Shown one piece after another: positions 30,473 to 41,102 of a stretch of DNA of 64,000 nt; position 1 is the first letter of the stretch, and each line of letters starts with the position of its first letter. The DNA is from Dehalococcoidia bacterium (GTDB lineage: Bacteria; Chloroflexota; Dehalococcoidia; Plut-88900). Below the pieces are notes generated by a model. The model was not told the DNA's origin and did not search any database. It was given only the letters and a program-made list of their open reading frames with translations. A program made the translations under genes and the position numbers. Where the stretch lies: positions 2,272,001 through 2,336,000 of the forward strand of contig OZ240219.1 in assembly GCA_965197645.1 (NCBI GenBank), in the 5' to 3' direction.

Positions 30473-33415
30473 CTAGTCTGTCGAAGGGCCCTCGAGGCGG
30501 TAGGCGTCCGGGTGGGGTTTCAGAGGCCGCAGCATCCACATCGGCCTTCGCAGGCCCCCAGGGCCGGGAGCCGGGCGAGTCCGGCCGAGCCATCTCTTGT
30601 ACACCTGGGAGGCGGCTTCCCCGCTTACGGAGATGTCCCCGTAGCTCAGATCGGGCCCCGCTTTGGTCACCGTAACTTTCTGATGCCAGCAATGCCCCCC
30701 GCTGATCGGGTCGGGTTGCACCGGAAAGACCAGGTTCTGGTGCACGCCGCCATCGCTCCACCAGATACGCTCTGAGTCCGGGTCGCTGCTCTCAAAGGGG
30801 GTGACGCCCTTTAGCTGGCGCATCGACCACTCTCCTCCCTCTCGTTCGATGGCCACCAGAGCCGAGTTCCACCGGTCGCTTCCAGAGTCCTCGTGAAGCC
30901 GCCACCTACCTAGGTGGTGAGAGCAGGCCACAACGCCGGGACGAATGCTCTCCGTTACCCACACCCGGTCGACAAAGTAGCCTATCTCCGTCTCCACCTT
31001 TACCAGGTCATCCACATCGACACCGATGCGATCGGCGTCCACGGGATTGATCCACACTGGGTTGACGTGGGCGATCTCGTGAAGCCACTTGGCGCCGTTG
31101 GTGCGGGTATGGATCAGAGTGGGCAGGCGAAACGTAGGTAGAAGTACGTACTCGTTTCGAGAGGAGTCGATCTTGGAGTGATGGACCTGGCTGGTGATCT
31201 GGGGCATACGTGCCCGCTGCCGGGAGTCCCTCGGATAGATTGGAATCGCATATTCGGGCCAGCCCCATTCCACCAGGGTGGTGGAGTAGATCTCCAACAT
31301 GCCCGAAGGAGTAGGGAAGCCTTCGACAAGCTGGTCGTCCACCGATATCCCGGCCCTCGTACGGCCCTTTTGGTCCGAGAATGGCCCAGGGTAGGGGCGA
31401 AGGTTGACCTTGGGCGGAGGTGTGGAGCGCCAGATGATTCCGGTATCTTCATCCAACTCGGCTTCCTCTGTTACTTCCGGGGAGAGCGTCTTCTCCTGCT
31501 GATCGTATACGTCCGTGGTTACCTGGAAGACGCCGTATCTCCTCATGTACTCCATGGGCGTGAGGCCTTCGCTTTGCGCAGCCTCAGGCAGTCTGGGTAC
31601 CGAGTTCTCAAAGATCCACCGGTAGTACTCTTCTATGGAGATCTTCTCTCCCGGCCGATACGGCGACTCGAAGTGGCGCCGTATGCCTAGGGAGCCATCG
31701 GGGTCGATCTTCCAAGAGAGCTCGATCCAGAACTCGTTCTCTTCCCACACCTCACCCGGATTGGCCTGATGGGTGAAATCTATCTGCTCGCCGGCCTTTT
31801 CCCTGGCTACCCTGAGCACCGGTTGACGGAAACCGAGCCACTGGGAAGCGTGGCTCTCGTAGCTGTGGAGGTCGTGACGCTCCGGGGCGAGGCCCATGGG
31901 CAGCACGTAATCGGCGTACTGGGCGGTCTCACTCCATACGGGGGTAAGGGCGACGTGCAGGCCGATACGACTCTCATGCTGGAACATTTCGATCCAAGAG
32001 AAGCCGTCGGGGTTGGTCCACACGGGGTTGTACACTCGGGTGAAATAAACGTCGATGGACCTGTCCCGCTCCTTAAGTAGGTGAGGCAGGAGAAAACTCA
32101 TTTCGAAATGGGACAGCGGGAACTCGGGAGGAAAGTGTACGTCGTTCCAGCACTCGAGCGGTGGAGGTTGAGTAACAGCCCGCGGCACGAACTTGGCCCA
32201 GGCATTGGGCAACGTGCCTCCAGGAGTGCCCACCGAGCCGGTGAGCACATTGAGGAAGAAGAGGGCCCGGGGCACCATCCATCCGCCCAGATGACCCGCC
32301 GCCGCATTCCTCCAGATGTGACTGGCGAAGGCCGTCCCGGCCTGGGCCACCTCCTTGGCTATGGTGAGAAGCAGATCCGGTGACACGCCGGTCTCCTCCT
32401 CGGCCCATTCGAAAGTGTAACCTCGATAGAGGTCCTTCAACAGCGTAATTAAGCCATCGAAGGAGGTATCCTCCGGCACCTGGTCCAGCAGCTCCTGGCC
32501 CACCAGGTAGCCCAGGTAGGCCTCATCCTTCATCAGCTGCCGCCAGTTGGTCCACCTCTCCAGGAAGGCACGGTTGTACAGGTCCTCTTGAATCAGGTAG
32601 TTGGCGATGGCCAGCAGCAGCCCGGCTTCGGTGCCTGGTCGAGGGGCCAACCAGTAGTCGGACTGGGAAGCGGTGTTGGACAGGCGGGTATCGATCACCG
32701 CTACCTTGGCGCCCGATGATTGGGCCTCCACGATACGCTGGGCCTGGGGCACAAAGTAGTGACCCGACTCCAGGTGAGAGCTCATGAGGAGGATGAACCG
32801 GGCGTTGGCATGGTCGGGGGTGGGCCGGTCCATACCCATCCACGCCGCATAGCCAAAACGGGCGCTGGAGGAGCATATATTGGTGTGGGAGTTGTGGCCA
32901 TCGACGCCCCAGGCCTGGAGGACCCGTTCCGTATACAGGTCCTCTCCGGGTCGGCCCACGTGATACACCACTTGGTCTCGGCGGTCCTCGATGATGGCGC
33001 GGCGGATGCGCTGAGCGATGTCGTCCATCGCTTCGTTCCAGGAGACCCTTTGCCACTTGCCATCTCCTCTTTTGCCGGTATTCCGCAGCGGGTACAGGAT
33101 GCGCTCGGGGTTGGTGACCTGGCTCAAGGTCGCTGGCCCTTTGGCACAGTTCCTGCCCCGGCTTGCGGGGTGGTGGGGGTGGCCCTCCAGCTTGCGAATC
33201 TGCTGGGTGTCCTTGTCTACGTATGCGAGAAGCCCGCAGGCCGACTCGCAGTTGAAGCACGCCGTCGGGATCAGGCTGTATCGCCGTTCCACCTTCCGTG
33301 GCCATTCCTTGGGGTCGTACTCCGTCCAGTCATCCCAGTCCTCGACGTCAGGCCCGGATTTCAGACCCCGAGGTGCTTCCGATTGGGCCCCTGCCTGATC
33401 TTTGCCTATTGCCAT
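30473..33415 (-). CDS. Molybdopterin oxidoreductase catalytic subunit (DMSO reductase family, Psr/Phs/Sre-like)
   Basis: CFNCESAC..RNCAKG 4Fe-4S motif, ERILYPL, HTNICSS (Cys ligand), SETAQYADYVLP, WINPVDA C-terminal MGD-binding domain; no Tat RR leader. Confidence 0.9.
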   Translation of the reverse strand: MAIGKDQAGAQSEAPRGLKSGPDVEDWDDWTEYDPKEWPRKVERRYSLIPTACFNCESACGLLAYVDKDTQQIRKLEGHPHHPASRGRNCAKGPATLSQVTNPERILYPLRNTGKRGDGKWQRVSWNEAMDDIAQRIRRAIIEDRRDQVVYHVGRPGEDLYTERVLQAWGVDGHNSHTNICSSSARFGYAAWMGMDRPTPDHANARFILLMSSHLESGHYFVPQAQRIVEAQSSGAKVAVIDTRLSNTASQSDYWLAPRPGTEAGLLLAIANYLIQEDLYNRAFLERWTNWRQLMKDEAYLGYLVGQELLDQVPEDTSFDGLITLLKDLYRGYTFEWAEEETGVSPDLLLTIAKEVAQAGTAFASHIWRNAAAGHLGGWMVPRALFFLNVLTGSVGTPGGTLPNAWAKFVPRAVTQPPPLECWNDVHFPPEFPLSHFEMSFLLPHLLKERDRSIDVYFTRVYNPVWTNPDGFSWIEMFQHESRIGLHVALTPVWSETAQYADYVLPMGLAPERHDLHSYESHASQWLGFRQPVLRVAREKAGEQIDFTHQANPGEVWEENEFWIELSWKIDPDGSLGIRRHFESPYRPGEKISIEEYYRWIFENSVPRLPEAAQSEGLTPMEYMRRYGVFQVTTDVYDQQEKTLSPEVTEEAELDEDTGIIWRSTPPPKVNLRPYPGPFSDQKGRTRAGISVDDQLVEGFPTPSGMLEIYSTTLVEWGWPEYAIPIYPRDSRQRARMPQITSQVHHSKIDSSRNEYVLLPTFRLPTLIHTRTNGAKWLHEIAHVNPVWINPVDADRIGVDVDDLVKVETEIGYFVDRVWVTESIRPGVVACSHHLGRWRLHEDSGSDRWNSALVAIEREGGEWSMRQLKGVTPFESSDPDSERIWWSDGGVHQNLVFPVQPDPISGGHCWHQKVTVTKAGPDLSYGDISVSGEAASQVYKRWLGRTRPAPGPGGLRRPMWMLRPLKPHPDAYRLEGPSTD

Positions 33416-33454
33416 TTCGTTCCTGCTCTCAACCCTATAGACGTACTGAAGATA

Positions 33455-35041
33455 CTAGCTTTGCGGGACCGATTGTCCTGCCTGGACATAGGCGTGCTCG
33501 TAGAGCAAAAGGCCGGCAAGAGCCGACGCCGATGCGGCGATGTGAGTCCAGTCGGGCGACCCAGCCAGGGCCATCGCAGTAAGGACGAAGGGTACGAGGC
33601 CTCCGAGAAGTATGCCGGTCCAGTAGTAGATTCGATACCTACCCAAGAACATGTTCCGAGCAGCGGCCGCGGCCTGGGGGGTGGGGTGGAGATTGACAAG
33701 ATCGCTCAGCCCGAGGGCCAGGAAGGCGGAGACCGAGATGATCAACGCCCACTGCAGTAGAGTCACGCCCCTTGTCTCCAGGTCTACGAAGCTGCTCAGT
33801 ATCAGCAGCGATGCGGAGCCGGCGACTACGGCGTGGGCGATGAAGGCCAGCACCAGCAGAGGATTTTGCCATAGGTCTCGACCCTTGGATTGACTTAGCA
33901 GGAAAGCGGTATACGCGGCCACGGCAACGGAGGTAACGAGACCGGCCCATCTCAGTACCTGGATGAGCTCTCGCAACTCGGCGAGGGCAGCGACTAGGAA
34001 TAACAGCAGCAGCAATCCGTGGACGCTTATAATGTACGCGCCCCGTACCAGCCACGACCTCCACTGAGGTCGAGTCAACACATAGTAGAATCTCCTGGGA
34101 TGGGATAGGTCCCAGACCAACAGCAGTCCGGTCAATCCCAAGAAGGCCACTGATAGTACGGTAATGATTACTTCCCAGCCTTGACTGAGGGAGATGCCAA
34201 GTATCCCGAGGATAGCCATCATCAGAAATGCACCCGAGGCGATCGACTTGGTCCAGGTATAGGTGGAGACCCTCCAGTCCCAAGGAATCCGGTGGGGCTG
34301 ATCGTAGACCAGGATGGCGGCAGCTGCGCTCCGGTCCGGGGCCCCACTTCTCTTCCGTTCGACGGGGTCCATGACGGTCCCGCCAGGCAAGGCGTCGGGT
34401 TGAGACTGGGCCCACGGCAGTCTGCCTTGAGCAGAAGCGCTCTTGGGATTCGAGGCGTGTTGAGGGTCGAGGGTACGATCGCTGGCGCCCACGTAGTGAA
34501 GCTTGGGAACAGTCTTTTTTTCGGGGCGCCTGACCTGGACGTCGCCGTCTTCCAGTATCCGGGACACCTGGCTGCTTGGATCGTTCATGTCTCCGACTAT
34601 AATGGCCTGCGTAGGGCAGACGACTACACAGGCCGGTTCAAGGCCGATATCAATGCGATTGGTACAGAAGTTACACTTCTCGGCGCTATGGCTCTCGGGA
34701 TCGATGTAGATGGCGTCGTAGGGGCAGGCTGCTATGCAGGCCTTGCAGCCGATACATATGTCCCTGTCGAAATCTACGATCCCGTCGGGACGCCGGTACA
34801 TGGCGCTGGTGGGGCACGCAGCGACGCAGGGAGGCTCGTCGCACTGGTTGCATCGGGTAACCTGGAAGTCGTATTTCGAGTCGGGGAAGGTCCCGACCGC
34901 TACCTGCTTCACATAGGTGCGGGTGACTCCCAGCGGGACGCTATGCTCCTGCTTGCAAGCGATGGTACAGGCATGACACCCGATACACCTGGTCTGGTCT
35001 ATGACCTTGCCCCACTTTATCTCTCGTGCATCGTCGCTCAT
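33455..35041 (-). CDS. Fusion of NrfC/PsrB-like 4Fe-4S protein and NrfD/PsrC-like membrane anchor
   Basis: CIGCHACTIAC, CNQCDEPPC, CIGCKACIAACP, KCNFC motifs, then about 8 TM helices with DLSHPRRF..PQWRSWLVRG. Confidence 0.9.
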   Translation of the reverse strand: MSDDAREIKWGKVIDQTRCIGCHACTIACKQEHSVPLGVTRTYVKQVAVGTFPDSKYDFQVTRCNQCDEPPCVAACPTSAMYRRPDGIVDFDRDICIGCKACIAACPYDAIYIDPESHSAEKCNFCTNRIDIGLEPACVVVCPTQAIIVGDMNDPSSQVSRILEDGDVQVRRPEKKTVPKLHYVGASDRTLDPQHASNPKSASAQGRLPWAQSQPDALPGGTVMDPVERKRSGAPDRSAAAAILVYDQPHRIPWDWRVSTYTWTKSIASGAFLMMAILGILGISLSQGWEVIITVLSVAFLGLTGLLLVWDLSHPRRFYYVLTRPQWRSWLVRGAYIISVHGLLLLLFLVAALAELRELIQVLRWAGLVTSVAVAAYTAFLLSQSKGRDLWQNPLLVLAFIAHAVVAGSASLLILSSFVDLETRGVTLLQWALIISVSAFLALGLSDLVNLHPTPQAAAAARNMFLGRYRIYYWTGILLGGLVPFVLTAMALAGSPDWTHIAASASALAGLLLYEHAYVQAGQSVPQS

Positions 35042-35112
35042 AGCCCGTTACCGCACCGTATTGAATCAACGTTGGCCTACCGTAAGAGAAGATTAGCAGT
35101 AGGGCGTTACCG

Positions 35113-35907
35113 ATGACAATAGCTGAAGAGATAGTTTTGGGAGCATTGCTCGGCTTTGCCACGGGGTTGACCGGGGTTGGGGGGGCGGCGCTGACCATCC
35201 CTGCCCTGGTCTTCCTGTTGGGATTCTCGACGGTAGGCTCGGTTGCCGTATCCTTCCCCTTTGTCGCAGTCATCAAGCTCTTTGGCTTCTTCCAGCACCG
35301 CCGCCAGGGGACGTTCCATCTGCGTCTCAGCCTGGCGCTGCTCGTAGGGAGCATTCCGGCCACCGTGCTAGGCGTATTGATCATTTCACGGCTCTTCGAC
35401 CGGTTCGGGGAAGAGCTGGATTTGTGGCTCAATCTCTCAATCGGGGCCCTGATCATCGCCAGCATAAGTCTGCTTCTGGTGCAAACCCGGTCCGCCAACC
35501 GGTCCGATGACAGGGAAGACGAGACGTTTGGCCGGCCCCAGTGGCTCCGAGGTATGGCTCTGGGCTTCCCAATGGGAGCGATCATCGGCGCGACATCCGT
35601 TGGAGCCGGCAGTATCATGATCACGCTATGTCTTATCGTGTACCGCATCAGTACAGCCAAGATAGTGGGCAGCAGCATCGGGGTTTCGCTGGTACTTATG
35701 ATCGTAGGCGCCGTTGGATACGCGGGGACCGACCTGGTCGACTACTGGGCGGTCCTGTACCTCAGTATCGGCGGGGTCCCCGGAGTCATTCTGGGCAGCA
35801 TGCTGATCAACAAACTGCCCCAGACGGTGCTGCTGAGGCTGGTGTCCTTGGCCGTGGTGGCTGCCGGACTCGCTCTTATAGGAAAGGGGATCCATCAGTT
35901 AACATAA
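35113..35907 (+). CDS. Sulfite exporter TauE/SafE (TSUP) family protein
   Basis: GFATGLTGVGGAALTIP and GAIIGATSVGAGS repeats, multiple TM helices. Confidence 0.88.
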   Translation: MTIAEEIVLGALLGFATGLTGVGGAALTIPALVFLLGFSTVGSVAVSFPFVAVIKLFGFFQHRRQGTFHLRLSLALLVGSIPATVLGVLIISRLFDRFGEELDLWLNLSIGALIIASISLLLVQTRSANRSDDREDETFGRPQWLRGMALGFPMGAIIGATSVGAGSIMITLCLIVYRISTAKIVGSSIGVSLVLMIVGAVGYAGTDLVDYWAVLYLSIGGVPGVILGSMLINKLPQTVLLRLVSLAVVAAGLALIGKGIHQLT

Positions 35908-36053
35908 CACATCCGATATACAAGGGTCTGTTTTCGAAACTGCTCTCCACACCGGACATCGAGCGTTACCCCGGGAACTAGGTCGACCAACCGTTTGCCA
36001 AAATGTAGAAGCTCAGTGCTTCCACGGCTAACGGTAGGATGCTCCGTCGGCGG

Positions 36054-36917
36054 TCACGTAATACTCAGCAGGATGACGCCGGCCACGACCGATGCGACCC
36101 CCAGGACCTGGATGGGGTGCAGACGCTCGCGAAGGAATACGATGGCGCCAGCTATGGGCACTAGGGTGTAGCCGGCCGAGACAGCGGCGACGACTACTAC
36201 GATCCCTACTTGCGTGCCTCTGGCGAAGGCGAACATGCCAGCGATCTCGATGGCGCCAATTACGAGTATTGCGAAGATGATTCTAGCGGTTAGGCGTTGG
36301 TCCGGTTCCGGCCGTTCCCTTATCGCCAAGGGCAACACGAGAACAGCCGTGAACATCCTGATCATGTAGATAGGCAGGAACCAACCCAAGTCCTTTGACA
36401 GGACCGCGATGGAGTAGTAGAAAACCCCGAAGGCGATCATGGCCAGAAATGCGAAGAAGACACCTCTTCCGATGACGACGCGTCCGCCTTTCAGCTCCCC
36501 GAGGTTTATCGATGCAAGGAAGGCACCGAGCAGGGCCGCTGTGACGCCGGCGGACCGGCCCGGAGACATGCTCTCGGCGAGGATCAGGACGGCGAGGATG
36601 ATAACTATGCCCTTGTAAGCGGACATGATAGGGCTGACGATGGCCACGGGCCCACGCTGTAGAGCGGCGTAATACAGGGCGTAGTTGATGGTGTAGAGGG
36701 CACCGAGTCCGATGGCTGTGAGCCACTGCTGGCCGGATGCATGGACGATGCCGCCATCGAAGGGGACGTAGGCGGTCGCAGCCAGCACAGAGGCTACATT
36801 TACTCCGAAGATCAGCCTGAAGTGGCTGGTCCTCCGGGCCAGCAGCGCACTGGCAAACTCCGCCAGTCCGAAACCCAGGGCCGCCAGCAGGCCCATGCTC
36901 ACGCTGTCAGCAATCAT
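36054..36917 (-). CDS. EamA/DMT family transporter
   Basis: About 10 TM helices, two repeats ending LILAE.. and FLRERL, GPVAIVSP. Confidence 0.88.
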   Translation of the reverse strand: MIADSVSMGLLAALGFGLAEFASALLARRTSHFRLIFGVNVASVLAATAYVPFDGGIVHASGQQWLTAIGLGALYTINYALYYAALQRGPVAIVSPIMSAYKGIVIILAVLILAESMSPGRSAGVTAALLGAFLASINLGELKGGRVVIGRGVFFAFLAMIAFGVFYYSIAVLSKDLGWFLPIYMIRMFTAVLVLPLAIRERPEPDQRLTARIIFAILVIGAIEIAGMFAFARGTQVGIVVVVAAVSAGYTLVPIAGAIVFLRERLHPIQVLGVASVVAGVILLSIT

Positions 36918-37136
36918 GCTGCTAGCCCGTCGGATACGTAGAGGAGACTACAGGTATCTGGAAAAGTCGAGACCTTCCTTGATCGTACGGTCGATGGGGG
37001 TTGCCGGATTCGGCACGACGTTACTTGAAAGAGATCCAAGAGGAGCCGGTCGTGATGGACAAAGTCTGCTAGTCGATGTCCATCGGAGCTCTAAAGGCCC
37101 TCGGTCACCACTTACTCGCGCTCTGAAACCCGACGG

Positions 37137-38444
37137 CTATCGTCCATATCCCCTAGAGGCGAGGGCCAGGGACACCTCTTCGCCTGCCTGGTGGCCGTCG
37201 AGATCGACCATCTTGCCGTCTTTGATGACGGTCTCCAGATTTGTCGTGTCCTGCAAGACCCGGATGTCGGCCACCGGATCGGTATTCCAGACCGTCAGGT
37301 CGGCCAGTTTGCCTTCCTCGATGGTACCGACCTCTCCGTCCAACCCGACCGCCCAGGCGTTGTCCCTGGTGAATGCAGAGATCGCCTCCAGCGGCGAGTA
37401 CCTCGACTCTCGCACCATGAGCGCCGCTTCCCTGGCGTGGTATTTGCCATAGGGCATGATGTCGGAGTTGCCGGAATCGGTGCCGGCCAGCACCCTGATG
37501 CCCAGCCCTCGACACTTCTCGATGACCCCCGCCACCCCTTCCAGGTTGCGTTTCACCAGGTCCGTTTCCTCGTCGGTAGAGACATCCTCCCAGCCGGATT
37601 CCAACACCCGCTCCAGGAAGGTTGCGGCCGGCAGAATGGGGATCCCGGCCTCGGCGACGGCTTCCAGGTCTTCATCGGTGGCCAGATCGGCGTGCAGTAT
37701 GCAGTCCACGCCGGCCTCGGTGGCGTCCCGTGTCGAGCCGGTGCCCCTAGAATGGATGAACACCCTGGTGTTGCGCCGGTGTGCCTCTCCCACCACCGCC
37801 GATAGCTCCTCTCGAGAGATCGTTTGCGAATCGCCCCAGGTGCTGTCGGCCAGCTTGATGAAGTCGACGCCGTGCTTGATCTGGCGTCTCACCTCGGTGA
37901 TCATTTCGGGAACGCTGTTGGCAAGCACGCCCACCGAGTGCTCCGGAGTTCCAACCCACGAGGGCTCGTTATCGATGATGCTGCCGTAGGTGACGATAAA
38001 CCGGCCGGCGCAGGCTATACGGGGCCCTTCAAGCAGTCCGGTGTTTATGGCATCTCTCAACGCTACGTCGATGAACCAGGTCCCACCCGGTACGGCGATG
38101 CTGGTTATTCCCGCGCGCAGCACCTCGCGCGCATTGATAGCGGCCCGAATCGTTCCCATCTCGGGGTTTGCCGTCCCCCGCCCTCCGGGTACGCCCGGAA
38201 ACTCTGGAAAGCCGAAAGAAAGGTGGCAGTGGGCATCGATGAGGCCAGGCATCACCCATCGACCCGATGCGTCGATAACGTGGACTGTAGGGCCGTTCAC
38301 GTCGATGTGTGCAGGCAATTCGCCGACGTTGGTGATGCGGTTACCTTCGATGACAATAGCCTCGTTGGCCATTGGCTGCCTGCCCGTGCCGTCGATGAGC
38401 GTGCCGTTTTCGATTACAGTGATCGCGTTGCTGCCGTTCCTCAT
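37137..38444 (-). CDS. Metal-dependent amidohydrolase (Amidohydro_1)
   Basis: VMPGLIDAHCH, GVDFIK, AGTDSG, GTIEEGKLADL; likely start MRNG after AGGAGG. Confidence 0.9.
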   Translation of the reverse strand: MRNGSNAITVIENGTLIDGTGRQPMANEAIVIEGNRITNVGELPAHIDVNGPTVHVIDASGRWVMPGLIDAHCHLSFGFPEFPGVPGGRGTANPEMGTIRAAINAREVLRAGITSIAVPGGTWFIDVALRDAINTGLLEGPRIACAGRFIVTYGSIIDNEPSWVGTPEHSVGVLANSVPEMITEVRRQIKHGVDFIKLADSTWGDSQTISREELSAVVGEAHRRNTRVFIHSRGTGSTRDATEAGVDCILHADLATDEDLEAVAEAGIPILPAATFLERVLESGWEDVSTDEETDLVKRNLEGVAGVIEKCRGLGIRVLAGTDSGNSDIMPYGKYHAREAALMVRESRYSPLEAISAFTRDNAWAVGLDGEVGTIEEGKLADLTVWNTDPVADIRVLQDTTNLETVIKDGKMVDLDGHQAGEEVSLALASRGYGR

Positions 38445-38682
38445 GCTTCTACCCCTCCTGCGTATCCGGCCCCTTCTTCGTACACAGCATACTACCAGAT
38501 TTGCCCGGTAAATCGAAAGCGGACCGGCCACCCGACGGTCTTGTTGATGGGGACATATCCATTTCAAGGCCCTCTCCCCAAGTCCTGTTGCCGGATGTGG
38601 ACTCTCCTTCCGGTGCGGGCATATACTAGGCCCAGTCTTCCCATTCCATCTCTGTATCCGAATCGCCCGTCCATCGGAGGAA

Positions 38683-39747
38683 GTGATGTGTGCAGCGAGC
38701 TACCCCAGCTGGGAAAGGTTCCTCAAGACCAGCCGGGCCAGAAGGTACAAATGGCCTCTCGTGGCCCCGGAGACACCCTCCTTCATGGGCGCTCCTCCCG
38801 TGACGAGACCCGATGAGATCAAGGGGGCCGACATCGCCATACTGGGCGCGCCCTACGTCGCCACCTATGGCGATCAGTACGCAGGGGTCCACATGAACGA
38901 ATGGATCGCAGCGCCCAAGAGGGTCCGCCAACAGTCGGTACGGTACCCCGGCGGCTATATCCAGGACTTCGACATCGAGGTGTTCGACCACATCAACGTC
39001 GTCGACTATGGAGACGTGGACATACCCCTGTCCCTGATGCAGAACCAGACCGCGGAGGGAATACTGGATGCCCAGGCGATGGTGGAGGAGAAAGTGAGTC
39101 ATATTCTGGACGCCGGGGCCATCCCCATCGTCATAGGCCAGAACTCGCCCTGCGGCACCTATGCCGTCGCCAAGCCCATCTGTGAACATACCATGGGCCA
39201 GGTCGGCTGCATCAGCCTGGATACCCACTGGGATTCTCTGACCTTCGACGAGCTGACCAACGACCCTCGGATCGCAGGCAGCGGCTGCTGGAAGTACAGA
39301 ATGTACCAGTTCCAGCCCACCATGCATCCTCGTAGCCTTGTCGAGATAGGAGAGCGGGGCCCGATGGAGGAGCGAGAGACCGTCCACCACTACATCGATG
39401 ACGGGGCTCGGTTCATCTCGTCCTGGGACGTCAGAAGCGGTGTCGGAATAGAAGGTGTCGTGGACGCCCTGGACCAGGCCTATCGCGGCACAAACGGCGT
39501 CTACGTTCACTTCGATATGGACGTTCTCGGCGGAGCGGGTCCGGCGCCGGGCGACATCCTGGGCGAGCTGGCCGAACCCATCGGGTTGACCGACTACGAG
39601 ACGATCCGCATCGCCCACGAAATCGGTAAGCGAGGCCTCTCCGGTATGTCCCTGGTCGCCATCCCGCCGGGATCCCAGGTCATCTACCGGGTGATAGTCT
39701 ATGTGATAATGTACCTGATGGCCGGCATGGCCATGAGGACAGACTAG
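38683..39747 (+). CDS. Arginase/agmatinase (ureohydrolase) family protein with atypical active site
   Basis: ADIAILGAPY, VVDYGDV, LDTHWD, EIGER, HFDMDVL, PIGLT. Confidence 0.85.
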   Translation: MMCAASYPSWERFLKTSRARRYKWPLVAPETPSFMGAPPVTRPDEIKGADIAILGAPYVATYGDQYAGVHMNEWIAAPKRVRQQSVRYPGGYIQDFDIEVFDHINVVDYGDVDIPLSLMQNQTAEGILDAQAMVEEKVSHILDAGAIPIVIGQNSPCGTYAVAKPICEHTMGQVGCISLDTHWDSLTFDELTNDPRIAGSGCWKYRMYQFQPTMHPRSLVEIGERGPMEERETVHHYIDDGARFISSWDVRSGVGIEGVVDALDQAYRGTNGVYVHFDMDVLGGAGPAPGDILGELAEPIGLTDYETIRIAHEIGKRGLSGMSLVAIPPGSQVIYRVIVYVIMYLMAGMAMRTD

Positions 39748-39781
39748 CCAATTAACATAAAGATATAGATCGGGACGTTTG

Positions 39782-41014
39782 ATGAGCCAGATACTGTTCC
39801 AGAACTGTACCCTTCTCGACACCATCGAGGGCCGTATGCTCCCCGAGTACCACGTGCTGGTCGAGAATGATGGCATCAAAGAGGTCTCCGACCGCCCCAT
39901 CACGTCGTCCGGCGCCCATTCCGTGGACGTCGGAGGCCGCACCCTGATGCCCGGGTTGATCGACGTGCATGTTCACGCCACCGATTCGACTATGAACTTC
40001 GAAGAGATGGCCCGCAAACCGGTCACTCTCATAGCCCACGAGGCAGCGCGCATCCTGGAGCGAATACTGGCCAGGGGTTTTACCTCGATCCGTGACGCCG
40101 CCGGCGCCGACTACGGGCTCGTCGCCGCAGTCGATAGGGGCCTAATTCAGGGCCCTCGCATCTTCCATTGTGGCAAGGCGATCAGCCAGACGGGAGGCCA
40201 CGGCGACTTTCGGCCCCTGGGTGACTACGATCAGCTCTGCTCCTGCACTATTCATACTGGATTCATGTCCCACGTAGCCGACGGCATCGATGCAGTGCGA
40301 AAGGCCGCCCGGGAGGAGCTGCGACGAGGGGCACATGCCATCAAGATCATGGCCTCGGGAGGCGTTTCGTCGCCCATGGACCCGATCTGGAACATCCAGT
40401 TCTCCAGCGGTGAGATACGGGCCATAGTAGAGGAAGCGGCCAGCTGGCACACCTACGTCCTGGCCCATGCCTACACCCCGGAAGCCATCTCTAGAGCCGT
40501 TCGTGAAGGCGTCCGCACCATCGAGCACGGCAACCTGATAGACCAGCCAACCGCTCAGCTCATGGCCGAGCGAGGCGCCTACATAGTGCCCACCCTGGTG
40601 ACCTACGGCGCTATAGACCGGTTCGGTAGAGAGCACAACTTCCCCGAGGTCAGCCAGCGCAAGGTGAAAGACGTTCTCGAATACGGGTTGTCCTCTCTGG
40701 AGATAACCCGGCAGGCGGGTGTCAGGATGGGCTTCGGTACGGACCTGCTCGGCGAGCTCCACGACCACCAGTCCGAAGAGTTCCTGATCCGCTCCGAAGC
40801 CATGTCCTCCATGGAGATCATTCAGAGCGCCACGTCGGTCAATGCAGAGATACTGAAGCAGGAAGGCCGGTTGGGGGTGATTGCCCCAGACGCAACCGCC
40901 GATCTGCTGGTAGTAGACGGTGATCCCGTCCAGGACCTGCAGCTGCTCCAGGACCAGGGCGCCCATCTCCCCGTGATCATGAAGGCCGGCGAATTCATCG
41001 TGAATCGCCTGTAA
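39782..41014 (+). CDS. Metal-dependent amidohydrolase (Xaa-Pro dipeptidase-like, Amidohydro_1)
   Basis: LMPGLIDVHVH, RGFTSIRDAAG, SQTGGHGD, IKIMASGGV, AHAY, IEHG, FGTD. Confidence 0.92.
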   Translation: MSQILFQNCTLLDTIEGRMLPEYHVLVENDGIKEVSDRPITSSGAHSVDVGGRTLMPGLIDVHVHATDSTMNFEEMARKPVTLIAHEAARILERILARGFTSIRDAAGADYGLVAAVDRGLIQGPRIFHCGKAISQTGGHGDFRPLGDYDQLCSCTIHTGFMSHVADGIDAVRKAAREELRRGAHAIKIMASGGVSSPMDPIWNIQFSSGEIRAIVEEAASWHTYVLAHAYTPEAISRAVREGVRTIEHGNLIDQPTAQLMAERGAYIVPTLVTYGAIDRFGREHNFPEVSQRKVKDVLEYGLSSLEITRQAGVRMGFGTDLLGELHDHQSEEFLIRSEAMSSMEIIQSATSVNAEILKQEGRLGVIAPDATADLLVVDGDPVQDLQLLQDQGAHLPVIMKAGEFIVNRL

Positions 41015-41102
41015 GACCGCCGGTTACCTGATCGGTAATGATAGTGCAAGGACAGGCCTGGCTTCGATGGTGTAGATATATTAGAGTTCGAAAGGAGCCC
41101 CA

